A stretch of 63,432 nt of DNA, the filler included, from Chiloscyllium plagiosum (lineage: Eukaryota): the NCBI RefSeq assembly GCF_004010195.1. It is 3 parts of one record of this genome, joined end to end, with 100 filler letters (N's around TTAATTAATTAA, not from the genome) between each part and the next. Parts side by side here need not be neighbours in the genome. Positions count along the whole stretch, not along the records: positions 1 to 29,109 come from NC_057711.1; 2 more parts are not named here. One strand, given 5' to 3'. Made by a program: the position numbers and the translations under genes. Below are positions 12,471-24,505 of this stretch, one piece after another (position 1 is the stretch's first letter; each line of letters starts with the position of its first letter). The notes beneath the pieces were generated by a model, which was not told the DNA's origin, did no database searches, and saw only the letters and a program-made list of their open reading frames with translations.

Positions 12471-12600
12471 ACAATCACCTGATGAAGGAGCAGCACTCCG
12501 AAAGCTAGTGCTTCCAAATAAACCTATTGGGCTTTAACCTGGTGTTGTGTGATTTTTAACTTTGTACACCCCAGTCCAACACTGGCATCTCCAAATCATA
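12471..12600 (+). mobile_element. Penelope-like terminal repeat fragment carrying a hammerhead motif
   Basis: Matches the 3' ends of the PLE copies at 17125-17243 and 62290-62417. Confidence 0.85.
12476..12510 (+). ncRNA. Minimal type I hammerhead ribozyme motif (family A)
   Basis: CAC-CTGATGA-A-GGAG(cagca)CTCC-GAAA-GC-TA^GTG: core boxes, stem II, palindromic AGCT stem III, CAC/GTG stem I. Confidence 0.8.
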
Positions 12601-14838
12601 TAAAATCATGAGTGGCATGGATAGGATAAACAGACAGGGTCTTTTCCCTGGGGTGGGGGAGTCCATAACTAGAGGGCATAAGTTTAGGGTGAGAGGGGAA
12701 AGATATAAAAGGGACCTATGGGGCAAGGTTTTCACTCAGAGGGTGATGTGTGTATGAAGTGAGCTGCCAGAGGAAGTGGTGGAGACTGGTACAATTACAA
12801 CATTTAAAAGGCATCTGGATGGTTATATGAACAGGAACGATTTAGAGGAATATGGGCCAAATGCTGGCAAATGGGACAAGATTAGGTTAGGATATTTGAT
12901 CAGCATGGATGGATTGAACCGAAGAGTCTGTTTCCATGTTGTACATCTCTATCACTCTATGGTAGCAAATGCAGACAGCCACTTTCTTGTGCATCTATAA
13001 ATCTGCCCGCAGTATAAGGGAGACACATTTACAGACATCAATCTTCCTGATTCCAGATTAAAACAATTCTAATTTACATGAAAATGCCACATGACAAAAA
13101 TTACAGGTTGAAATAAACAGACCAGGTAGGTCTGATGAAATTGTTATTCCAAACTGATGACAGCACTCTCTTGTATTTATATTTAAATAATCCCTACATC
13201 AATAGTTCTCCAAATTCAATTTATCCCAGCTAATCAGCTTGTTAGTTTCATTAATTGAGCACACTTTATTTGCTCCTTCACTTTATTAGTTTCTGGCATC
13301 TAAGGGCAGATTAAGCTGGGCTCTTATTTGCTTTTGAAACATGTTTGCCAGTTTATATCGAAACAGGGCAGAGTGCACACAGTATTTCCTTTCTGCAAGA
13401 TGAAATGAGCCAGCCAAGGAGGAAATAAACTAAACAGTATCAATAGCTGGTCTTGTGTAACCTCAGATATACTAAAAGGATCCAAAAATGCTTTCATCTG
13501 TACAGCCTGTCGTCTAAGTTTCCTGTCACCATGAATCCAAACAAAAAATAAGATCGGTGCTGTGGGAAAGGTAAAGCTTATCAGAGGAGATTGCAGTGTG
13601 AAAGGTGACAACAGCAAGTAGCATAAACAGAATGAAATTCACACCAAGGTGCCATCACCCGGGTGTTTAGTTATTTAGGATTTTACATTCAGTCTTTCCC
13701 AGGACTTCACACAGTGAAATTCGAACTCTCTCCTCACCTTGTAGGACCAAACTGGTCATCACTAATCACAATGAACTGAATTATTCTATCTTATATTCCC
13801 TTCAACCTCAGTGGTGTCCACAATATAAGTCATGTCCTATTATCTACATTTTTAACACACTAAACAGCCAATGTTTCCATGAATATACCTGAGGCAAGCT
13901 ATGTTTCAAGTCATTCAAAGTGTCTTTTGATTTAAATATGGCTCTTCAAAGAAAGAGATACAATAAACCGTAAAAATTTGTCTACTGCAGTAGAGGTGGT
14001 ATTTACCAGTTAGCGTATTCCAAGATCAAACCCTTGCTTCCATGGATTTAGTCAATGTTAATTGGAAGTAATCAAGTACTGGATGTCAAACAAGGAGGTA
14101 AGGGGTCGAGAGATGCTAGTGCTGGAAAACATATTAGAAAAATTAGGCAAAAAAACACTTGTTTACTCATACTTGTTAAAGAGGTTTAGGCAATAGAAAT
14201 TAGTTAAAGGATTTATTTAGGATCATTAAAAAGGAAGTGTAAAGGAAAACATTATAGGTAATTATCTGAGATTAAACCGGTTTGCAGCAGTATATCAAAG
14301 GTACAAGCCCTGAAAAGTTACAATTCACCCTTCTAAATCCCCTCTCTTTTCACAGAGCTAACACTGCTTTCTTCCTGTTAATTTGATAGCAACCATTTAT
14401 TATATTTGACTTTGGAAGAATGATTGCTCTCTGTTGTTTAGGAGGTGTTAAAAACATGCCTGGACAAAGTGATTCTGAGATCAAAGCCATTTGATCCAGC
14501 AGTTATACTGTAATGTATAGAGGCTTGTATTCTAAACCAGTAACTCCTAGATAGATGTTAAGAGTTATGGCTTATGGCCAATGCAAATAGAAACCAGGAT
14601 GCGATTTGAGTATAATCTGCACAAAATTATGCCTAAAACTGTGTTTTGTCATGACATTTCCTCATCTATAAAAATATCCATGACAGAAGATAGTGTTAAT
14701 GCAAAGCACAATACCTTTTTAAAGCATTATGTTTACATATTGAAATATTGAAGGATAGGTTGAACATTAAATCACCGGGCCACATAAAGCCACAAACTTA
14801 AAATAAATAGATTATTTTAGTGTAATCAATCTATCAGA

Positions 14839-14904
14839 TGGAGGGTCACATAAAGTCTTGGAGATCCAAATCTGTTGTGTCTGAATGTAATCTTATAAAT
14901 GCTT
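14839..14904 (+). repeat. 66-bp unique segment exactly duplicated in inverted orientation at 16063-16128
   Basis: Base-by-base reverse-complement identity, 66/66. Confidence 0.97.
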
Positions 14905-15762
14905 CTTCTGCGGTCAGCTCAGGTGATGTCCATCAAAAAACAGTTTTGTTGGCATTTCCATATATTTCAGATCAGAATCATGTTGTACATGCAGCACCTA
15001 GATACAGCATCAGCACAACTGCAGGTTGTGTGTGTTGTAAATAAGAAAATTGGGTATGTCGTGACATCAATCATTTGACACCTAGCCATTTTAATGATAC
15101 ATATTACTCTGTAAAATTGCTGAAGTTTATAGGCAACAGTGTGGCAACTGATGAAGGACATCAGGATTCTGCTCAAAAACTCCCAGGATGGCTGGAGAGT
15201 GTATATGCCCCTTGGCCAACAAGGTGACAGGGAAAATGAGCAGAGGAGATATAGAGAAGGACCAAAAAGGTAGGAGGGAAGCAAGTAAACAGTACTTTCA
15301 GTAAGAGGCCACATCCATCCAAATGTTCCATCCAACTCAACTTTATTGAGGAATAGGATGTCTGATTTCTCCACGTAGTAGGTACTCAATGAGAGCTGCC
15401 AACCATTCTACTTGGAATTGCAGTCTCAGAGCAGGATGGAAAAGGTATTGCCAGTGGCAGTGAAAGTAAATGTGACTCTGAATTTGTATGTATCTGGTTC
15501 CTTGCAGACTGGAGCAGGCAATATTTGCAATGCCTCCCAGTCTGCCATTTATTTTGCATAAATTCTGTGTGCAAATAGAGCTGGAACATTTCATTCTCTC
15601 TTGCATGAGAAAAACAGGTTGAGTGAGCAAATGTCTTTATGAGAATTATAGTCTTCTTTGTAGCACAGGATTCTGTTTATTGTACAGATGCCCTGCAGAT
15701 ACCAGTACAGAGTTGGACTACAACTAAAAAGAATTCCAGTTCTTTAATGTCTAGCTGGAGTG

Positions 15763-15808
15763 AAACCATGTAAAACCATGTAACCATGAAACCATGTAAC
15801 CATGTACC
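15763..15808. repeat. (AACCATGT)n short tandem repeat
   Basis: Five imperfect units. Confidence 0.85.
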
Positions 15809-15914
15809 ACTTGTCCGTCATTTCTTGTATCCTGACAGCAGTCATGATGCTTAGTATCTGTGGCACCCCACCTGCATTGTAGCCATTACATCAATAAGCC
15901 AGATGGTGACTGCT

Positions 15915-17243
15915 GAATGAGTGTGAGGTGTGGATGTGTGTGTGTATGAAAGAGAGCTTGAGTATGAGAGAGGGTCTGTGTGAGTGTGTGAGTATGTAGG
16001 AGTGTGTGTGTGTGAGAGAGAGTGTATAGTGCAGTGGGGTCACCTGTAGTGTGACAAGAACCAAGCATTTATAAGATTACATTCAGACACAACAGATTTG
16101 GATCTCCAAGACTTTATGTGACCCTCCAAGGTCCCAGCCATTCTCATGGGTACCAAACTTGGCTATTAGCCTCTCTTGGCCACTTTGCATTGTTGCTTAT
16201 CCCAAAATCTGCTTTGGAGGATGGTCACCCAGATGACTGAGGCTGAATGTCCCACACTGCTGAAGTGTTCTCTGACTGGAAAGGAACAGTCCTGTCTGGT
16301 GACTGTTGTACACAACGATCAGCCTCTGACCTCCAGGTGACCATCACAATGATAGCCACATTGCAGACCCATAGGAAAGGCCTCAAGCGGGATCTTGGGT
16401 TCATGTCACACTACAGGTGACCCCACTGCACTATACACTCTCTCGCATGCACGCACACACACATGCACACACGCACACACTCCTACATACTCACACACAC
16501 ACACACGCAGACCCTCCCTCATGCACAAGCTCTCTCTCATACGCACACACATCCACCCCGTGCACTCACTCCCATGCATGCACCCTCTCAAAGGCTCATA
16601 CCCCATCACACTCATATACATACTTGACCAAGCTTACAGACGTGCATACACATACTCTTTCACATGCACTCACACCCAGATGCACACACTCACATACACC
16701 ATACTCACTTTGTCTCTCCTGCATATATGTTTATGTGGTGAATTTGTATTTGCAGAATTACATTTATTTTGCTCAAAAATTGCATGAATCAATATAAGAT
16801 TCTGTGGGCCCCACTTTAGAAATAGTATTGACTCAATATTAGTCCAGACTTTACCTTCACACATTTAATGCATTGTCTAAGCTGAGATGACACCTATTAT
16901 TAGATAAGCTGACACCATCTTGAGAATGTAATTCTGGGATTTAAATATTAAAGAACCTAAACCACCATATCCCATTCTAAAAGATGAAAGACTTAATCTA
17001 AATTTGTTTAAGAAATATAACCTGGTGTTGTGTGATGTTTAACTAAAGTTGTTAAATATATCATTACAACTCCATGACACTGTAACCCTTTTGCTATAAA
17101 TTCTGTGTCGTATGGTCATGTTCCACAACCACCTGATGAAGAGGCAACGCTCTGAAAGCTAGTGCTTCCAAATAAATCTGTTGGACTATAACCTGGTGTT
17201 GTGTGATTTTTAACTTTGCCAACACTGGCAAGTCCAAATCCTG
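15915..17243 (+). mobile_element. Penelope-like element 3' region with inverted partial copy (15915-16310, minus) and (CA)n-rich UTR
   Basis: Plus strand ends ORF with GLKRDLGFMSHYR*. Minus arm encodes PVREHFSSVGHSAS...LIAKFGTHENG (PLE endonuclease C-terminus). Hammerhead motif at 17130-17164. Confidence 0.88.
17130..17164 (+). ncRNA. Hammerhead ribozyme motif (family A, altered stem II)
   Basis: CAC-CTGATGA-AGAG(gcaacg)CTCT-GAAA-GCTA-GTG. Confidence 0.65.
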
Positions 17244-17244
17244 A

Positions 17245-18410
17245 TATAAGTTAAGAAGGTTAAAAGGTAGGATGGGAGAGAAGCCTGTTAAGGAGATATT
17301 TCATAACTCTCATAAAAGTATATTCCATTTAAAAAGAAGTACTCTCTAAGAAGGTGCACTATCTGTGACGAAGGAAGGTAACACAGTATCAATGTACAAG
17401 AAATGCATATACTTGTCTGATTGTTATCAGATTAGAACATTTGACAAATTTTAGAAACTAACAAAAAATGACTGAAAAAAAGACCATAGAAGTTCACAAA
17501 ATCATGAAGGGTATAGATAGGGTTAATGATGGTTGTCCTTTTCCTACGATAAGGGATTTCAAGACAAAGGGGCACATTTTTAAGTGTGAGGAGAGAGATT
17601 TCAAAAAGACACGAGGGGCAATTTTTTTACACAGAGGCTGGTTCACATTTGGAATTAACTTCCTGAGGAAATGGTGGATGTGAATACATATTATTACAAC
17701 ATTTAAAAGACATTTGGATAAGTACATGAAAAGGAAAAGTTTGGAGGGATATGGGCCAGGAGCAGGCAGGTGGGACTAGTTTAGTTTGGGATAATGTTCA
17801 GCATAGACTGGTTGGACTAAAGAGTTTGTTTCCGTGCTGTATGACTCGATGACTGTAATAAAAATTAGACAATGAGAAACAGTGAGATTAACACATGAAA
17901 ACAGATAGTAACTAGGTAGATAACAGATTGTTCTGACATATACAAATGAAAGTAAAAAACAGCCATAGTTGGTTTCTTATAAAGTGAGAATCAGAAATTC
18001 ACAATGGGAAACCAAGACATGGCAGAAGCATTGAATGGATATTTTGTGTCTGTTTTAATTATAGAAGACACAAAATGAATCTCAAAAATAGTTTGAATTC
18101 AAAAGGGAAAAGAGAGGGAAACAATTACAATCAACAGGGGAAAGGTATTAAAAAAACTATTGGAATTAAAGACTGACAAGTCCCCTGGACCTGATCTCTT
18201 GAATCTTAAAGTCTTAATAGAAACTGTTGAAGAGACAGTTGATGCGTTAGTTGTAATTTTCCAAAATTCCCTAGATTCTGGAAAAGGTCCCAGTGGATTA
18301 GAAAACCACAAGTTTAACAAGAATACCCTTGTATTCAACAGAAGAAGGAGGAAAGAAAAGCAGGAAACTATAGTGCAGTTAGCCTAACATCTGTTATGGT
18401 GAAAATAACA
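17245..18410 (+). mobile_element. Old CR1 ORF2 fragment containing a younger CR1 3' insertion (about 17487-17857)
   Basis: LKTDKSPGPD...LVVIFQNSLDSG (ORF 18160). Inner piece reads EVHKIMKGIDRV...FKRHLDKY with a CR1 tail. Confidence 0.8.
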
Positions 18411-20367
18411 GACACTAGACATCTCTAATGTTTAACGTGATTACAGTTAAAGGGATCCATTGTAACAGGATGTCATAGGAATAACCAAAATGCTTTGAAT
18501 TCACTTTACATCCACGTCTCCTTACAATCCAGTTTTACTGAAGAGTGACATTGCTTTGGAAGGAAGAGGTGGTGGGGTTGGGGACAGTGGAGGAGGATCT
18601 TGCTCCAATTCTTGCACCATTTTCCTCAGCATCCTGCTCCTTTGTACCTTTCAGTTAAAAGTCTGTTTAATACACCAAGATTGCTTCTTCTTTGCTCCTC
18701 CCTGACTGCATCAGTGATTAAGACACAAATTGTCTGCACATGATGGCTTGGATATGCAGATATTAAAACAGGTTCTGGCTTCACTAAATGCAGGCTCTCA
18801 TGTTGAACAGATATGTAACCTGCAAGATGATATTCGGAAGGATGGTGATAGAGGAGCAATATTGGATATTGACACACTGTCAATAAGCTGGCACCTTATT
18901 TATAAATGATTCAATCAAGATGTAGCACATAGATACAGAATTCAATAACTTCAGCAGCCAAGGATGAAGTTGTCTAGTATAGTTGGGGTGATCAAGCATA
19001 AACCAAAGGCATCACTGGAGAAGATGTAGTGATAATCTTAGCACGGATAGGAATGTTAAAGCAGTACCATACAGATGATGGATTACAGCAATTGCAGAGC
19101 TATCAAATGATTGCCATGGGCAAGAAGGAATAGTGTTAATGATAGTCATACTAGATAACAAATCAGATGTTATTGAGATTTGTTTAGGACCTGTTTAGTC
19201 TCTGGGTCTATGGATCTGGGATCATGATCACCTCCTGAGTCAACCGAAGGAGCAGTGACGTCTGGACTCTATTCACTCAAGGTTTTGGAATGTGACTGAT
19301 CAAAGGAAGTCTACAATTTTTCAGTTTTCCATTTATACTGCTCAATTATTTTCAAGTAGGAGATATAGAGCAGCATTAAACAATATAGAATAATTACATA
19401 GAAAGCATTGTGATAAATGCCAAAAAAAAAATGCTGGAAAGATTGGATAAATTGGAAAGGTTTTTGGTTTCTTGGTAAAGTTTAAAAGAAGATATAGTAA
19501 TCATGGAGCCATTAAAAAGGTAATGGTACAGAACAAGATCTTGCTGCCCATCAAGTCCATGCTGGCTTTTTACAAAGTAATCCAGTCAATCTCATTCTCC
19601 CACTGTATCCCCAAAGTCCTGAAAGTTTATTTTCCTCAAGCAGCTAATAGATCTCCTTTTGAACTCATTGATCATTTCTCCTGCTCCCACTCTGGTGCAT
19701 AGCAAGTTCCACATCTAACCACTTGTTGTGTACTCAGGTTCTCCATCACTTTTTGCCTACATCTCTTGCCCAAAACCTTGAATCAGAGTTATCTCCTGTC
19801 TTGAACAATAAGCTGAAAGGAAACATCTTTCTTTTGACTCCCTAATCTAAACCTGTAATAGACTTTTACATCTCTGTCAAACCTCCCATCAATCACTTTT
19901 GCTTCAAAAAGAATGACATCCCTGTCTCTCTAATCTAATCATATATCTAAATTCTCTTACCCCAAACCCTGGGCAAGGTCCAACCCAATTTGTCATCCCA
20001 AATCATTAAAATCCTCAGTGAGGAAGGATGAACCCATTCCTTCAGTTATTCGCAGCAAGATAAAATTAAAAAGGATCTCTCCCCTTGTGGGTACGTTTCT
20101 CCTAGACCCAAATTAATTTATGCTTCAATAAGAGCCAATTTAACTAGGCTTTTTTGAATTAACGAAAGAAAAAAGATTATTAATTCGTAATGTGCAATAA
20201 AATAGTAACGGAACATACATACACATAGAGGAGAAATGAGAAATGACTCTAAAACGTTTTAAAAAAGTAGGAATCATTCTCTGAATTGATTGTGAAGATG
20301 TTGTGGCCATTATTAAATGCCATCAGTAGTATTGATGTTGACAGTGAGTATTCAGTATTGGATTTAT

Positions 20368-21480
20368 AGAATCATTGCATCATACAGAACGGAGTAGACC
20401 CTTTGGTCCATCATGTCTGTACTGCCAAAAATATACTATGATGTACACTAATTCTGCTTTCCCACATTAGGCCCGTAGTCTTGAACGTGATAACATTTCA
20501 AGAGTTCATCCAAATACTTTTCAAAAGTTATCTCTCAGGCAGTGCATTCCTGCTCCACCACCCTCTGGGTGAAAAAGGTTTTTCTCAAATCCCCTCTAAA
20601 CCTCCTGTCTTTTACCCATGCATCCGATGAGCCTTTATTTTCTTTATCAGTTTCCCATCTGGGACCTTGTCCAGGGCCTTGCTGAAATCCATACAAACAA
20701 CATCAATTGCCCTCCCTTCATCCAAATGTCTGGTCACTCTTTGAGAAATTCCACAGATTTGTTCGGCATGACCACTCACTGACAAAGCAATGCTGACTAT
20801 CTCTGATCAAACCTTCTTTCCCTAATTTTTTCATTCACAATTTTCTCCAATAGGTTACAAAACACTGATATTAGACTCTTGGGTCTGTAATTCCCTGGTT
20901 TATCTCAATTATCCATCTTGTAAAGCGGAACTACATTAGCTGTCCTCCAATCCTCTGGCACCTTCCCTGTGGCCAGAGACAATTAAAAAATTTGGAGCAG
21001 GTCTCATGTAATTTCCTCCCTCATTTCCCACAGGAGCCTGGGATACAACTCATTGGACTGGGGAATATATCCACTTTTAAATTCGCCGAAATCTCCAATA
21101 CCTCCTCACTTTTTTTTAAGATTAGATTCCCTGGAAACAGGTCCTTCGGCCCAACAAGTCCACACTGACCCTCTGAAGAGTAACCCACCCAGACCCATTC
21201 TCCCTAAGCTAGCATTTTCTCTTTGCTCTCCTAATTACTTTCTTGAGTTCCTCCCTGCATTTCCTCCCTGTCTTCCTTGTTTTGCTCCCTTGGTGCTTGT
21301 TATATGTCCCTCTTTTCCTTTTTATTCAGTTCCAAAAATTTGTAGATATTCAGAGTTCTCTGGGCTTGATGCTCCTATTTTTCACCCTGAAGGGAACATG
21401 TTGGCCTGTGATCTCCCCAGTTCCTTTTTGAATACCTCCCACTGTTCTGCTGTAGGGTTATCCTCATGTCGCTGTTTCTA
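20368..21480 (-). mobile_element. Internally deleted CR1 fragment with an HE1 SINE 3' piece (21118-21203) inside
   Basis: CR1 tail at 20368-20440, and RT pieces GCCTTGCTGAAATCCATA (MDFSKA) and CTGTAATTCCCTGG (PGNYR). Confidence 0.75.
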
Positions 21481-21697
21481 GTCTATTTTGGTTTTGTAGA
21501 TTGATTGAAACTGCTTTATCCTAATGTCCTTTTGAACTGGCTGCAAGCACTTAGAGTGAGAGAGAGTCTTCCGTTTGTGTTTTGCCTGAGTGCAGCCGTG
21601 ATTAATATAGCTGTGACCCTCAAAACACTGAGGTTGACATACTAGGACATCCAGTCAAGAGTGTGGTGCTGGAAAAGCACAGCCGGTCAAGCAGGAG

Positions 21698-21733
21698 AAT
21701 TGACGTTTCAGGCAAAAGTCCTTCATCAGGAAT
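21698..21733 (-). ncRNA. Hammerhead ribozyme motif (family B, degenerate stem II)
   Basis: Reverse complement ATTC-CTGATGA-AGGACTTTTGCCT-GAAA-CGTC-AATT. Confidence 0.6.
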
Positions 21734-22999
21734 GAGGCTTGTGAGCTGAGTTGTAAAACTGGTGAAATCCACATTGCGCCATATGGTTAGAGGGTCCCAA
21801 GGCGGATGATGAGACATTCTTCCTCCAAGCATTGGGTGGTTAGGGTGTGGCGATGGAAGAGGCCCAGGACCTGCACGTCCTTGGAGGAGTAGGAGGGGGG
21901 GGTTTCTACAAACCCACCAACTCCCACAGCTACTTGGACTACACCTCCTCCCACCCTGCTTCCGGTAAAAATGCTATCCCCTATTCCCAATTCCTCCACA
22001 TCCGTCATATCTGCTCCCAGGAGGGCCAGTTCCATCACAGAACACAACAGATGGCCTCCTCCTTCAAATATTGCAATTTCCCCTCCCACGTGTTCAATGA
22101 TGCTCTCCAGAGCATCTCCTCCACTTCCTGCACCTTTTCCCTCAAACCCCACCCCTCCAACTGCAACAGGGACAGAACTCTCAGTCCTCACCTTCCAACC
22201 CACCAACCTCCATATGCATCGTATCATTGTCTGCCATTTCTGCCACCTACAAACGGACCCCACCACCAGAGATATATTGCCCTCTGCACACCTATCTGCT
22301 TTCTGTAAAGACCATTCCCTCTGTGACTCTCTTGTCAGGTCTACATCCCACACAAACCCACTGTCCCCTTCCGGCACCTTGTCCTGCCTGTCAGGAATTA
22401 CAAAGCCTGCACCCACACCTCCCCTCTCGCCTCCATCCAAGGCCCCAAAGGATATTTCCACATCCATCAGAATTTTACCTGCAATTCCACACATGTCATT
22501 TACTGTATCCATTGCTCCCAATGCGGTATCCTCTACATTGGGGAGATAGGATGGGACTTGCAGAACACTTCAGAGAATATCTCCAGGACACCTGCACCAA
22601 ACAGTCCTGTGACTGAATACTTCAACTCCCCGTCCCACTCCGTCAAGGAGGTGCAGGTCCCTGGGCCTCCTCCATCGCCACACCCTTACACCCAACACCT
22701 AGAGGAAGAATGCTTCATCTTCCTCCTTGGGACCCTTCAACCCCATGGCATCAATGTGGACTTCACCAGTTCCCTCATTTCCCCTCCACCCACATTATCC
22801 CAGATCCAACCTCCCAATTCGACACCACCCTCTTGAATTATCCTACTTGTCTATCTTCCTTCCCACCTATCCGATCCACTCTCCGCTCCAACCTGTCACC
22901 ATTACTCCCACCTCCATCTACCTATCGCAATCTCAGCTACCTCCCCCAGCCCAACCATCCTCCCATTTATTTCTCCACCTCCTTGCCTCATAAAGCCTC

Positions 23000-23035
23000 A
23001 TTCCTGATGAAGAGCTTTTGCCTGAAACGTCAATT
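23000..23035 (+). ncRNA. Hammerhead ribozyme motif (family B, degenerate stem II)
   Basis: ATTC-CTGATGA-AGAGCTTTTGCCT-GAAA-CGTC-AATT. Confidence 0.6.
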
Positions 23036-23574
23036 CTCCTGCTCCTCGGATGCTGCCTGACCTGCTGTGCTTTTCCAGCAACACACTCTCGACTCTGATC
23101 TCCAGCACCTGAAGTCTTCACTTACACTAGGAAATCCAGCCAATAACACACACCGACTAGTCTTGCAGTCAGTTTTTAACTATTTTCTGGCATATTCTTG
23201 GAGGGTAAAACAGACAAGAGGTGGCTTTCTGCTGAGAGTAGTGTTAGTTAGCCCTGTCATTATCTCCTCTTGTTAAATCTCTCTTTGTTTGAAATTTTTC
23301 TGACTCTTTACAGGTGCAACATTCCATTGGCCACACACAGGACATTGTCAGGCAGTTAGTTAATTTAAATCCACTGTTTTTATTTTTCTTAAAGAGAAAC
23401 ACATTTCAGGATTAAAAGTAATACATGCCTACAAATACTGTGAGGCTCTGATCTATTGTCATGAAATCTTTCTGGCCTCAGTCCTCTGCACCTTCTTAAT
23501 GGCCCTGACACCCACCTGAAGTGTAAGTCCCAGAATTAATGCAATGCTCTTGTAGTGGCCTGACCAGAGATTCT

Positions 23575-24101
23575 TAGAATTTGGACTTAGAATCCCTAAA
23601 GTGTGGAAACAGGCCCTTTGCCCCAGCAAGTCCACACCGACCCTCTGAACAGTAACCCAGCCGGAACCATTCCTCTCGGAGGAGAAAGTGAGGACTGCAG
23701 ATGCTGGCGATCAGAGCTGAAAATGTGTTGCTGGAAAAGCGCAGCAGGACAGGCAGCATCCAAGGAGCAGGAGAATCGACGTTTTGGGCATGAGCCCTTC
23801 TGAAAGCTGCGCTTTTCCAGCAACACATTTTCAGAACCATTCCTCTCCGCTATATTTACCCCGATTAATGTACCTAACCTACACATCCCTGAACACTCTG
23901 GGCAATTTAGCATGGCCCATTCACCTAACTTACACATCTTTAGATTGTGGGAGGAAACCCACACAGACACTGGGAGAATGTACAAATTCCACACAGACAG
24001 TCACCCAAGGTTGGAATTGAACCTGGGTCCCTAACGCTGTGAGGCAGCAGTGCTAACCACTGCACCACTGTACTGCCCCAACTGCACCACTGTGCTGCCC
24101 C
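23575..24101 (-). mobile_element. HE1-type tRNA-derived SINE, interrupted by a fold-back PLE insert; 5' end tandemly duplicated
   Basis: Minus strand has GGGGCAGTACAGTGGTGCAGTGGTTAGCACTGCTGCCTCACAGC, B-box GGTTCAATTCC and a CR1-like tail. Matches 50804-51163. Confidence 0.9.
23678..23833 (-). mobile_element. Short fold-back PLE-derived insert with 14-bp TSD
   Basis: GAACCATTCCTCTC at 23664-23677 and 23834-23847. Internal inverted arms CTGAAAATGTGTTGCTGGAAAAGCGCAGC / GCTGCGCTTTTCCAGCAACACATTTTCAG. Confidence 0.88.
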
Positions 24102-24394
24102 AAGATTCCAAAAGATTAAGTCCAATTTCCCTGTTTTTGTACTCAATGCCTCTCTTTATGAAGCCCCAAGATCCCAAATGTTTTCCAGGATATTCTTTTA
24201 ATATAATTCTGCCACTTTAAAAGATTGATACACATGAACCCCAAAATTCCTCTGGCCTTGTACATTCTTAAGAACTGTTATTAATTCTGTATTTCCACTA
24301 CCTAACCCTTCAACTCAAACATATCACCTCTCACGTTTCTCATCTATCACTTGTCTGCTCATTTTGCTAGTCTATCAACATCCTATTACAGCCA

Positions 24395-24485
24395 CAGAGA
24401 ATGCAGCAGAAACACAGCAGGTCTGGTAGCATCTGTGGAAAGAGAAACATTTAACATTTCAATTCTAGTTTACCTCTTCTTCAGA
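24395..24485 (-). mobile_element. Degenerate PLE terminal fragment
   Basis: CAGCAGGTCTGGTAGCATCTGTGGAAAGAGAA matches 54700-54735. Remnant CTGAAGA...GAAATGTTA on the minus strand. Confidence 0.65.
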
Positions 24486-24505
24486 ATATAATTAGAAGAA
24501 TTTGT

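Larger units (their letters stand above)
12410..12961 (+). mobile_element. CR1 3' fragment interrupted by a PLE terminal module
   Basis: CR1 sequence GAGGTTTACAAA|...|TAAAATCATGAG is split at about 12470-12600. FKRHLDGYMNR and the CR1 tail follow. Confidence 0.9.
21655..23135 (+). mobile_element. Penelope-like element (RT thumb plus GIY-YIG endonuclease, frameshifted) with inverted terminal copy at 21655-21890
   Basis: FYKPTNSHSYLDYTSSHP..KNAIPYSQFL.IRHICS, VIYCIHCSQCGILYIGE at about 22494-22545, LGTLQPHGINVDFTS, and hammerhead motifs in both arms. Confidence 0.92.
19500..24390 (-). mobile_element. Old CR1 3' fragment broken into three pieces (about 19500-19990, 23470-23575, 24105-24390) by nested insertions
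   Basis: The pieces are collinear with the intact minus-strand CR1 at 27630-28430. Confidence 0.6.

Noticed and set aside
16395..16797. His/Thr-rich ORFs
   Set aside because: They are translations of degenerate (CA)n sequence in the PLE UTR.
21787..22521. 244-aa minus-strand ORF
   Set aside because: It is the antisense shadow of the C-rich Penelope ORF.
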